Both the position numbers and the translations under genes were made by a program. The notes under the pieces were generated by a model, which was given only the letters and a program-made list of their open reading frames with translations, made no database searches and was not told where the DNA came from. Below are positions 56,762-64,000 of a DNA stretch of 64,000 nt, piece after piece. The DNA comes from a virus. Every line of letters starts with the position of its first letter. The first letter of the stretch is position 1. The DNA lies in the IMG/VR virus record IMGVR_UViG_3300033148_004210, positions 1-64,000 of that record. One strand, given 5' to 3'.

Positions 56762-57171
56762 AATTTTACTCCTTTTTGTCTATTTTCTTTTGCCCATAAG
56801 GGCTGTAAATTAGTATAATGAAAGCATTTCTTTTGTTCTTCAGGTTTACTTAAATCAAAACTACAACAAGGTTTTATATGGTCTACACACCATTTTCTTT
56901 TCCCTTTTCCATAATTTTTCCAAGTCATACCTTTTTTGAATTGATTTTGTAAATATTCTTTTCGTTGTTTTTTTATCTTCGCTTTATTTTTACATTGGTA
57001 TTTTTTGCTGTATTTTAAACTTTTTTCTTTGTTATCATTATACCATTTTGCATCATACTCTTTTCTACAATGTCTACAATAATTACTATATCCATCCTTT
57101 CTTATTTTATTTTTGTAAAATTTATTTATACTTTTTATTCTATAACATCTACTACAAATCTTAGTTTTCAT
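56758..57171 (-). CDS. Short HNH/endonuclease VII-like protein, possibly internally deleted
   Basis: CSRC..CRHC finger; QF..GMTWKNYG..W.VDHIKPCCSFDL...CFHYTNLQPLWAKEN. Confidence 0.7.
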   Translation of the reverse strand: MKTKICSRCYRIKSINKFYKNKIRKDGYSNYCRHCRKEYDAKWYNDNKEKSLKYSKKYQCKNKAKIKKQRKEYLQNQFKKGMTWKNYGKGKRKWCVDHIKPCCSFDLSKPEEQKKCFHYTNLQPLWAKENRQKGVKL

Positions 57172-57175
57172 AGTT

Positions 57176-57619
57176 TTATTGATTTTGATTATATTCTACT
57201 GCCATATATCTTAAAATAGACTGTAAACTAGAAATCGCTTTTTCAGCAGATTCTTTATAACCTAAAATTAAATTTTTAATTCTTCTGTATGCACTAACTT
57301 CCCCACTTGCTTGTTTTTCTGAAGAGGCAGAAATAAACTTTTTACCAGCATTTTCGACATCAATTCTGATTTGATTATATGCTCGTATTTCACGATTTTT
57401 CTTTTCTGTTTCTGCAATAGCTAATGCTGTGCGAAGATTGGAAAAAGTGCCTGTTAATTCTGTAAGGGCTGATTTTACTTCTTCTGGATTATTTACAATA
57501 TTAGTTTGCATAAGATTTGCATAATAATCCGTTTTATCAAAATCGGCTTTTAATTCTTCCAATACTTTATCAAGAGTTTCTTCTTTTTTAAATAAATTTT
57601 CTAATTCTAATATTCTCAT
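57176..57619 (-). CDS. Helical protein, possible UvsY-like recombination mediator
   Basis: All-helical 147 aa near RecA; weak resemblance only. Confidence 0.35.
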   Translation of the reverse strand: MRILELENLFKKEETLDKVLEELKADFDKTDYYANLMQTNIVNNPEEVKSALTELTGTFSNLRTALAIAETEKKNREIRAYNQIRIDVENAGKKFISASSEKQASGEVSAYRRIKNLILGYKESAEKAISSLQSILRYMAVEYNQNQ

Positions 57620-57870
57620 GTTTTCTCCTTTTTTATTTTTTCGGTTAATTTTTCTCTTATAATTTCTCTAACTTTTTCTGGTTGTTTCTTTAGTAAAATC
57701 GAACTAAAATAATCTATTGATGTTGCTTTATGAGTTTTTTGGTTATAAGCGTAATATCCTAACATTAATGAACCTGCACTACTTTTAACTGAATTAGGGT
57801 CTATTATTATAATATATTTTTGTCCATTTACTTGAAATCGTTTCCCTTTAAAATGTTTATCTATTCTCAT
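57616..57870 (-). CDS. Hypothetical protein
   Basis: ORF track; SD AAGGAG. Confidence 0.5.
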   Translation of the reverse strand: MRIDKHFKGKRFQVNGQKYIIIIDPNSVKSSAGSLMLGYYAYNQKTHKATSIDYFSSILLKKQPEKVREIIREKLTEKIKKEKT

Positions 57871-57995
57871 TATTTTTTCTCCTTTTTATTTATACTTTTC
57901 TTTTTTTTAAAACTTAAACATCTATTACAACCATAATAATATTCATGTGCTCTTTTGTTATGACCACAAATACAAGTTTTTCTTTTATAACTCAT
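57870..57995 (-). CDS. 41-aa Cys/His zinc-binding peptide (not in ORF track)
   Basis: CICGHNKRAH...CNRC; SD GGAG; TAATG coupling. Confidence 0.45.
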   Translation of the reverse strand: MSYKRKTCICGHNKRAHEYYYGCNRCLSFKKKKSINKKEKK

Positions 57996-58028
57996 AATAT
58001 ATCTCCCAATTTAGTTATACCTAAATTA

Positions 58029-58352
58029 CTATTCATAATTGATTTCAAGTATTTTACGTCCATGTTCAGTTGTTATCACGATAGATTTCTTTAACTCAAG
58101 AATTACTAATGAATAAAGATTATAAAGGTCTTTTGTAAGGTCTAAGTCTCCATAAAAAATTTCATGGTCTTGTCCTTTAAAAAAATCTTTAATATCTTCC
58201 AATCGGGCTTTGTAAGTCGTTTTAGTATAAATTCTGGCATTAAAGACTGTTAGATTATTAGGATTTCTGTCATGATAACCAGATTTACTTCCAAGTAATC
58301 TTCCAAAATTAAATCCGTATTTTTGAAAAACGTCTAAATATTCTTTATTCAT
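58029..58352 (-). CDS. Hypothetical phage protein
   Basis: GRLLGSKSGY..NP.NL.VFNARI...FYGDLDLTKD. Confidence 0.55.
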   Translation of the reverse strand: MNKEYLDVFQKYGFNFGRLLGSKSGYHDRNPNNLTVFNARIYTKTTYKARLEDIKDFFKGQDHEIFYGDLDLTKDLYNLYSLVILELKKSIVITTEHGRKILEINYE

Positions 58353-58527
58353 TATCTGCCTCCTGAATAGAATCTCCGTCTCCTAATTCAAATCTGATTT
58401 TTCCTTCATCTCCATAAACTTCATAGCCAACCAACACTAATGCTGATATTAAATCTTTCCAAGCTTCCCTAGAAACTTCTTCCGCACCTGACCACCTATC
58501 AATATTTATCATTGTTTTTTTATTCAT
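58345..58527 (-). CDS. Hypothetical protein
   Basis: ORF track. Confidence 0.5.
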   Translation of the reverse strand: MNKKTMINIDRWSGAEEVSREAWKDLISALVLVGYEVYGDEGKIRFELGDGDSIQEADNE

Positions 58528-59198
58528 TATTTTATTTCTCCTTTAAAGTCTTTTGTTTTTATTTTAGTTATTATTCTATATCCTCTTCTGTCTCTTAATT
58601 CGTATTTTAGTTTGCCTACTACTCCTTCGGCTATAAAGTCTCCAAATGTTGAATACACTCCTTTTTTAATACTGCTAATTGCACAATCAATGGTAGTTTC
58701 TCCTATAATAGGAACAATCCCTATTCCTAATTGGTCGGCTATTTTTTCCAGGTCTTCCCTTTTTAGCCAATAATTACCTATCTTAATATCGAATAAAATA
58801 AATTCTACTCGCTTTTCTCCATTAACATATTTGCCACCAGTTTGTATTTTATATCCGTATCCTTCTCCGTAGAGACAAACATCAGGCAGTTCATCTCCCA
58901 TTCCAAATATTTCTTTCATTTTTTCTAAAGGAAATAATTGCTGTAATTTTTCTAATAAATGTTTAGGCACATCTGCTTTATCTGTCTTCCCTTTGAATTC
59001 TATTTCAGGATAACATAAAGGACAAGTATAATAACAAACTCTAATATTAGTTCCATCTATTTTTTCTGTCCAGACCCATTGTAAGTCTTTTAAGAATTCA
59101 AATTCAGGTTTACTGTATTCTCCGATAATAAATTTACCTTTCTTCGCTCCTTCTAAATATCTTTTATACAATCCGTTGATTTTTGGGTATTGATTCAT
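58527..59198 (-). CDS. ATP-dependent RNA ligase (Rnl2-like adenylation domain)
   Basis: Motif I EKIDGTN, III YGEGYG, IIIa FILFDI, IV AEGVV, V ITKIK; TAATG coupling to recA. Confidence 0.82.
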   Translation of the reverse strand: MNQYPKINGLYKRYLEGAKKGKFIIGEYSKPEFEFLKDLQWVWTEKIDGTNIRVCYYTCPLCYPEIEFKGKTDKADVPKHLLEKLQQLFPLEKMKEIFGMGDELPDVCLYGEGYGYKIQTGGKYVNGEKRVEFILFDIKIGNYWLKREDLEKIADQLGIGIVPIIGETTIDCAISSIKKGVYSTFGDFIAEGVVGKLKYELRDRRGYRIITKIKTKDFKGEIK

Positions 59199-60160
59199 TA
59201 TTTCATTACCTTCCATATTTGTTTTTCTATATGTTCCCAATCTTTATCTGTTAGCAATTTTATGAAGTTATCTTTCCCTACCGCTTTCTTTTTACCGTAA
59301 GTATATGTCTTTCCTGATAATTCAATTATTAAATATTTTAATGCACTAAAGAATACGCATTTTTTATTGTTAATTTTGCCAGTTATAAAAAAGTCAATAA
59401 CGCCTCTACGATATGCTCTGCCTTTTTTATTCTTCTTTGCAAAAATATTAATCTCCATCCCTATTCTTTCCTTCTTATCTCCACTACCTACATCTATAGG
59501 TTTACCAGCTCTGAATTGGATTCGTGAATCGTATAAATGTTTTAAAGCCCTACCCCCAGCAGTATGTTCTGGATTACCATACATAACCCCGACTTTTTCT
59601 CTTAGTTGATTAATAAAAATTACTGTAGTTTTATATTTATTTCTTATCCTATTAATTTTCCTACACATTGGAGAATTAACACTTGCTTGAGATGCCATTG
59701 TTTTTTCTGTTAAATCTCGTTCTATTTCAGCCTCTGGAACTAACGCTACAATACTATCAATAACTATTAAATCTACTTGGGGAATTAATTCTAAAAGACA
59801 TTCCCCAGCTTCTTCTAAAGTATCAGGAGTAATAAGCAATATATTGTCATTATCTACTCCATTTATTTTAGCCCATTGAGGGTCATAAGAAGCTTCAGCA
59901 TTAATGAAAGCACAAGTCTTACCTAATTTTTGATATTTAGCAATAATCTTTAAAGCAAAAGTAGTTTTACCAGAAGATTCTCCACCATAAAATTCTATCA
60001 TATGTCCACCAGAATATTGGGAGATACCGCCATCAAGACAATAATCAAGAGGATAAACCCCTGTCCTAATCTTAGGCTCTACAATAATATCAGAACCTTT
60101 TTGAACTTTGTAATTTTTTTCCAATGAGTTTAAAAGTTTATTTAGTTTTTCATTTTTCAT
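59198..60160 (-). CDS. recA: RecA/UvsX recombinase
   Basis: TG..LD..L.GG, EFYGGESSGKTT, VIDSIVALVP.AE, FINQLREKVGVMYGNPE.T.GGRALK. Confidence 0.92.
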   Translation of the reverse strand: MKNEKLNKLLNSLEKNYKVQKGSDIIVEPKIRTGVYPLDYCLDGGISQYSGGHMIEFYGGESSGKTTFALKIIAKYQKLGKTCAFINAEASYDPQWAKINGVDNDNILLITPDTLEEAGECLLELIPQVDLIVIDSIVALVPEAEIERDLTEKTMASQASVNSPMCRKINRIRNKYKTTVIFINQLREKVGVMYGNPEHTAGGRALKHLYDSRIQFRAGKPIDVGSGDKKERIGMEINIFAKKNKKGRAYRRGVIDFFITGKINNKKCVFFSALKYLIIELSGKTYTYGKKKAVGKDNFIKLLTDKDWEHIEKQIWKVMK

Positions 60161-60320
60161 TTTCTTCCCATCTTTCTTCAGGAATGTCTCCTCGTTTTAA
60201 TCCTTCTTTAACTCTCTCTATATTTCCAGGTCTTCCCATAAGTTTGGCAATTCTTTCTAAAGTTTTGCCTTTTTGAAACTCGGCTATTATTTTTTTATCT
60301 GTTCCGTTTAAATGACCCAT
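60150..60320 (-). CDS. 56-aa HTH-like protein (not in ORF track)
   Basis: FQKGKTLERIAKLMGR; SD AAGGA. Confidence 0.5.
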   Translation of the reverse strand: MGHLNGTDKKIIAEFQKGKTLERIAKLMGRPGNIERVKEGLKRGDIPEERWEENEK

Positions 60321-60630
60321 TATTGTATTCCTTTGCTAAATCAGGATACCAAAAACTTGAAACAGTATTTGACCCTTCTATTTTATCGTCTATTTCATTT
60401 ATTCTCAATTGGGTTCTTACCATTTCTATAGGAATTCGTTTAGTTGTTTCTATTATCGCAAACCCCCCATTATGTTCGAATCCTAAAGAATGTAAAATTT
60501 TTAAAACCTTATTAAAATGCTTGCTATCTTCTTTAGAATATATTCGAGTTTCAAGACAAGTATATAATCGAGGAACTACAGAATTATTATAAGAACATCT
60601 GGTTATAATTTGACCATAATGCCATTTCAT
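60295..60630 (-). CDS. Hypothetical protein, copy 2 of a duplicated gene
   Basis: Near-identical to 33197-33511; SD GGAGG. Confidence 0.65.
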   Translation of the reverse strand: MKWHYGQIITRCSYNNSVVPRLYTCLETRIYSKEDSKHFNKVLKILHSLGFEHNGGFAIIETTKRIPIEMVRTQLRINEIDDKIEGSNTVSSFWYPDLAKEYNNGSFKRNR

Positions 60631-60634
60631 TTTA
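60335..60634. repeat. 300-bp direct repeat, copy 2
   Basis: 9 mismatches versus 33216-33515. Confidence 0.95.
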
Positions 60635-61201
60635 TTCCTCCACCAATCCTGCTAAAGCTAATACACACGCATCTGCAATATCTTGGTCTTTTATTTTTAA
60701 TTTCAAATCCAACGCATTATTGATATATTCTACGATTTCTTTTTTGAGTGCATGTCCCTTTATTTTTTTAGAAGATTTTTTAAAATTTACTTTATTTCTT
60801 GCCGAAGTTGGTAATAGAAATTTCTGCTTACGAGCCAATCCTTTAAATTTATCATAAACAAGCACCGAATGACGAGCCAATGCTTTAAGCGTATTGACAT
60901 TAGACCCAAAATAACAATCTTCAATAATATTAATATCTATTTTATAAGTTTTACTTATTTCCATAGCAAATTCATTTAATTGATTAATGAATAAATCAAG
61001 AGCATCTATTTGAACTACATTTTTAGGAATAGTTATTTTTCGGGTTTTATCTATAATAAGATAACTATCAGTAGTTCTAATAACAGCTACCCCTGTGCTT
61101 CGAACACTAACATCCCAACCTATAGAAATCATATTAGGTTTCAAGTGGATTCCTAAAAAAGCTTCTACTCTGGATTTATTAATCTTTTTTATTGGTTTCA
61201 T
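60632..61201 (-). CDS. RuvC-like Holliday junction resolvase
   Basis: IGWDVSVRSTGVAVI, IIED, L.TSAR, QDIADACVLA. Confidence 0.8.
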   Translation of the reverse strand: MKPIKKINKSRVEAFLGIHLKPNMISIGWDVSVRSTGVAVIRTTDSYLIIDKTRKITIPKNVVQIDALDLFINQLNEFAMEISKTYKIDINIIEDCYFGSNVNTLKALARHSVLVYDKFKGLARKQKFLLPTSARNKVNFKKSSKKIKGHALKKEIVEYINNALDLKLKIKDQDIADACVLALAGLVEE

Positions 61202-63086
61202 TTTGTTTTATTTTTTCCTGTTCAATTTCTTCTACTGTTTTTACTAAATGATTTTCCCAATCATATAAACAAGGTATAGGAAATCTTTTACGTCTTATTT
61301 TTGCATCTCTTACGTTTTCTACTAAAAATTGAGTATCCGTTCCTTCTTCGTTATTATAAACATATTTTGCTAATAAAGCAGGGAATTGTCCTATTTGGTC
61401 TTTTGCAAAAAAGTTATCGTCATTTCTTAATTGCACGAAACAAATTAAAAATCCATTTGTCTTTTTAACTTTTTCTATAAGTTCTGCAAATACATTATCA
61501 GTTCTCGCAAAATCATCTGGTTTAACCCAATCGAATATAGTTACTTTTCCTTCTCTTAAAATTACTTTGGAAGGACTACTTACCCACGCACTAGAAAAAT
61601 CGCCACCCTTCATACCTAATTTTAAAGCCACTTTAGCAAATCTTCCACCAGTTTCATTGTAAATATAATCTGGCTTTATTCCTTGATTAACTAATTTTTT
61701 TACAAAGTTCATCGAAAGGGTCGTCTTCCCGTATTTATTTTGACTTCCTATTATTATTAAATCTTGTTGATTAAAATAAGCCCAATTATGAAAATAAGGC
61801 ACTTTAAATTTTATAGGAACTCCGATTTGAAGTAATTCTTCTGACCAATCTAATTGTTTAATTATTGAATACTTAGCACCTCGTTTACATAAATATTCTT
61901 CTCTAACTAAATATTCCAATACTTTATCTACTCTCTTTTTTTCTTCCCCTCTATTAGTTCCTGCAATAGTCATTGCCATTTCTGTTCTACTCATTTCGCC
62001 AGTTTCTTTTAAATGTTCAAGCACTTTATGAGCTAATTCTTTTTCATCAAATACATTATATTTATCCAATTCTCTAATCATAGCTCTTATTGCTTGTTGT
62101 TGCATAGGTTTTTCTAACATGTGCTTATTTAAAACATTTAATACATATTTTGTTTGGTCAATATTTAATTGTTTTCTTAAAATACCCCCTAATTTTATAA
62201 ATTCGGTATTACAACTTCCATCTAAATTATTATTTTTTAAAAGAAATTTTTTCGGGTCTATTTTAAAATCTTCAGTTATAATATCTTCTCTTAATTTTTC
62301 GCTATTCGTTTTTCTTGGCACTGTTATTTTAGAAAGTAAAAGTTTTTTTAATTCCTTTGGCATTTCTATAATTGGGCGTATTTGTATTATTCGTGAAATA
62401 TCTTTAACTTTAGAAGGATAAATAACAACTTGACCGCCCTCATTTTCAATATCTATTTTAAGAGAATCTATTCTTGTTTTTGGAAAGTTTTTATCATATT
62501 TATAGAAAAGGTGAAACCCATTAGTAGATTCTTGTGTTAAAGTTTTACCCATTAACTTTTTTATTTCTTCAGGAATAGGTTTTTGGTCTATATCTATAAT
62601 AATAATATTACTTTTACTACCAGTTTTAACTCCTAAATTTAATCCATTAACTAACCACCCCTGCCATTCGTCTTTTTCCTTGTGGTTTTTATTTGTCCAA
62701 TCTTTTTCGATAGGTTTTTTTTGGTTATTAGCAATAGGAACTAAATCGAATCCGTTTTCTACATAAAAATCTAAAACTTTTTCTATATTTATTTCGTCTG
62801 TTTTTGTCATTACTTTTACTTTTAATAATTCTTTAAGATAATGATATTGTTCTTCTTCATCGACAGGAAAATTTTTCTCTATTTTTTTAGCTATATCTAA
62901 AACGGTATATTTCTTTTTACAAACAAAACAATTCACAATATTTGTATTGGGAATGATATTTGCTACCATCTTATCTTGATTACAAAAAGGACATTTTACC
63001 ATTATCACCTTGCCAGATTTTTTATAAGGAATTTTTCTTAATTTTAAATATTGAAGTAAATAAGTCTCTATAATTTTTTTATACAT
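61179..63086 (-). CDS. Zn-finger + primase-polymerase (Prim-Pol) + RecA-type helicase-like protein
   Basis: CPFC..CFVC; VPI..QKKP, NLGVKTG, IDID, STNGFHLFY, QVVIYPS; C-terminal GSQNKYGKTT, IFDW, FVQL. Confidence 0.78.
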   Translation of the reverse strand: MYKKIIETYLLQYLKLRKIPYKKSGKVIMVKCPFCNQDKMVANIIPNTNIVNCFVCKKKYTVLDIAKKIEKNFPVDEEEQYHYLKELLKVKVMTKTDEINIEKVLDFYVENGFDLVPIANNQKKPIEKDWTNKNHKEKDEWQGWLVNGLNLGVKTGSKSNIIIIDIDQKPIPEEIKKLMGKTLTQESTNGFHLFYKYDKNFPKTRIDSLKIDIENEGGQVVIYPSKVKDISRIIQIRPIIEMPKELKKLLLSKITVPRKTNSEKLREDIITEDFKIDPKKFLLKNNNLDGSCNTEFIKLGGILRKQLNIDQTKYVLNVLNKHMLEKPMQQQAIRAMIRELDKYNVFDEKELAHKVLEHLKETGEMSRTEMAMTIAGTNRGEEKKRVDKVLEYLVREEYLCKRGAKYSIIKQLDWSEELLQIGVPIKFKVPYFHNWAYFNQQDLIIIGSQNKYGKTTLSMNFVKKLVNQGIKPDYIYNETGGRFAKVALKLGMKGGDFSSAWVSSPSKVILREGKVTIFDWVKPDDFARTDNVFAELIEKVKKTNGFLICFVQLRNDDNFFAKDQIGQFPALLAKYVYNNEEGTDTQFLVENVRDAKIRRKRFPIPCLYDWENHLVKTVEEIEQEKIKQNETNKKD

Positions 63087-63597
63087 TTATCCAGTCCTCT
63101 CCATTCCATATTTTATTGAATTTTTCTTTCATCACGAACGCAAGCCAGAGCTGTTCCATAGAATTTATCTTTTCATTATCTTGGATAAAACTTGAAAAAT
63201 CCCATATCAAGTCATGGGGGAATTTTTTCGACCAAGCATATTTGTCTTTCAACATCTCCTGCAACTGGTCTTGACGAGGACAAAATATTACATTATTAAT
63301 AAGAGTTACCACCCCTGCTCCATCTGTCATTCCTTGAGCTATCTTCACTAACTTTTCCTTTACTCCAATTTTACAACTACCACCGAAACCATTAAGACTC
63401 GAAATATATCCGTATCGTTCAAAAGGAAGACTATAATATGCCCATTTATTCTTGCCAAATAAATAAGTTTCCCAATTATAACTCCTGCCTTCAACCATTC
63501 CTTTTGTGGAAACGAAATCTCCTATTAATGGTTTCCACTTTTTCTGTATCTCCTTTGCCTTCTCACACATTTTTATATATTCTTTTAAATTGTCCAT
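63079..63597 (-). CDS. Hypothetical phage protein
   Basis: EYIKMCEKAKEIQ...PRQDQLQEM...SMEQLWLAFVM.EKF.K.WNGEDW. Confidence 0.6.
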   Translation of the reverse strand: MDNLKEYIKMCEKAKEIQKKWKPLIGDFVSTKGMVEGRSYNWETYLFGKNKWAYYSLPFERYGYISSLNGFGGSCKIGVKEKLVKIAQGMTDGAGVVTLINNVIFCPRQDQLQEMLKDKYAWSKKFPHDLIWDFSSFIQDNEKINSMEQLWLAFVMKEKFNKIWNGEDWINV

Positions 63598-63605
63598 ATT
63601 ATTCC

Positions 63606-63782
63606 TTATTTGATACTATCTACGAACCAGCCCGTTTTACCATTAATTATCATATAATATCCATCACAATATTTGCCTGTATTATTACAATTTTTACAAA
63701 TACCTTTCTCATCAGGATGATGATAAGTGCATTTTTGATATAAAGGAATAAACTCTACCTTTGGTTTCTTTTCCTTCGACAT
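63606..63782 (-). CDS. 58-aa Cys-containing protein (not in ORF track)
   Basis: MSKEKKPKVEF...CKNCNNTG; SD AAGGAG. Confidence 0.5.
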   Translation of the reverse strand: MSKEKKPKVEFIPLYQKCTYHHPDEKGICKNCNNTGKYCDGYYMIINGKTGWFVDSIK

Positions 63783-64000
63783 CGCTTTCTCCTTTTTGCT
63801 ATTGTAATTTTAATGTATTTTAATTTAAGAATTGCATAAATAAAAAATGCCGAAATAATTGCTAATGTATATTGACCCATACCGCATAAAATTCCAACTC
63901 CTACAATAGACCAAATACAAGCAGAAGTAGTTATTCCCCGAACTTTACGCTTGTCTCCTACTATTACTATACCTGCTAAAAACCCGACCCCTGCGACAAC
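63755..64000 (-). CDS. MgtC/SapB family membrane protein, 3' part (not in ORF track)
   Basis: VVAGVGFLAGIVIV....VRGITTSACIWSIVGVGILCGMG matches the MgtC consensus. Confidence 0.78.
   Translation of the reverse strand, partial: VVAGVGFLAGIVIVGDKRKVRGITTSACIWSIVGVGILCGMGQYTLAIISAFFIYAILKLKYIKITIAKRRKRCRRKRNQR

Noticed and set aside
33216-60634. 300-bp repeat pair as a diversity-generating retroelement TR/VR
   Set aside because: The 9 mismatches are not confined to adenines on either strand and are mostly synonymous. No reverse transcriptase is in the window.
1-64000. Stop-codon reassignment
   Set aside because: Genes are full length and densely packed under the standard code. TAG and TGA both end genes at sensible positions.

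Overview
AT-rich 64 kb segment of a large tailed dsDNA phage, siphovirus-like (tail tube and tape measure present, no sheath seen). The host is bacterial (strong GGAGG Shine-Dalgarno sites, a sigma70-type promoter) and probably in the PVC superphylum, because the phage carries a homologue of the PVC small basic signature protein. 1-28250 (+) is the virion operon: protease/scaffold, capsid, head-tail, lectin fibre, tail tube, tape measure, hub. 28247-64000 (-) has two parts. About 28.7-46.1 kb is a glycan-modification cluster: 2-aminoethylphosphonate pathway, two LicD transferases, a UDP-L-QuiNAc/FucNAc-type trio, glycosyltransferases and two sulfotransferases. The rest is recombination and replication genes (SbcCD, PolB, RNA ligase, RecA, RuvC, primase-helicase). 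Nine free-standing endonuclease genes are scattered through both arms; one appears to split a membrane gene and one is fused to the phosphonopyruvate decarboxylase beta subunit. The most striking feature is a family B DNA polymerase fused in frame to a Mom-type adenine hypermodification enzyme. Its linker contains a complete 75-nt non-canonical tRNA-Gly(UCC) with encoded CCA (53174-53248), read as exactly 25 codons. This suggests a self-contained polymerase / dedicated glycyl-tRNA / Mom DNA modification system. All family calls come from motif recognition by eye; no searches were run.
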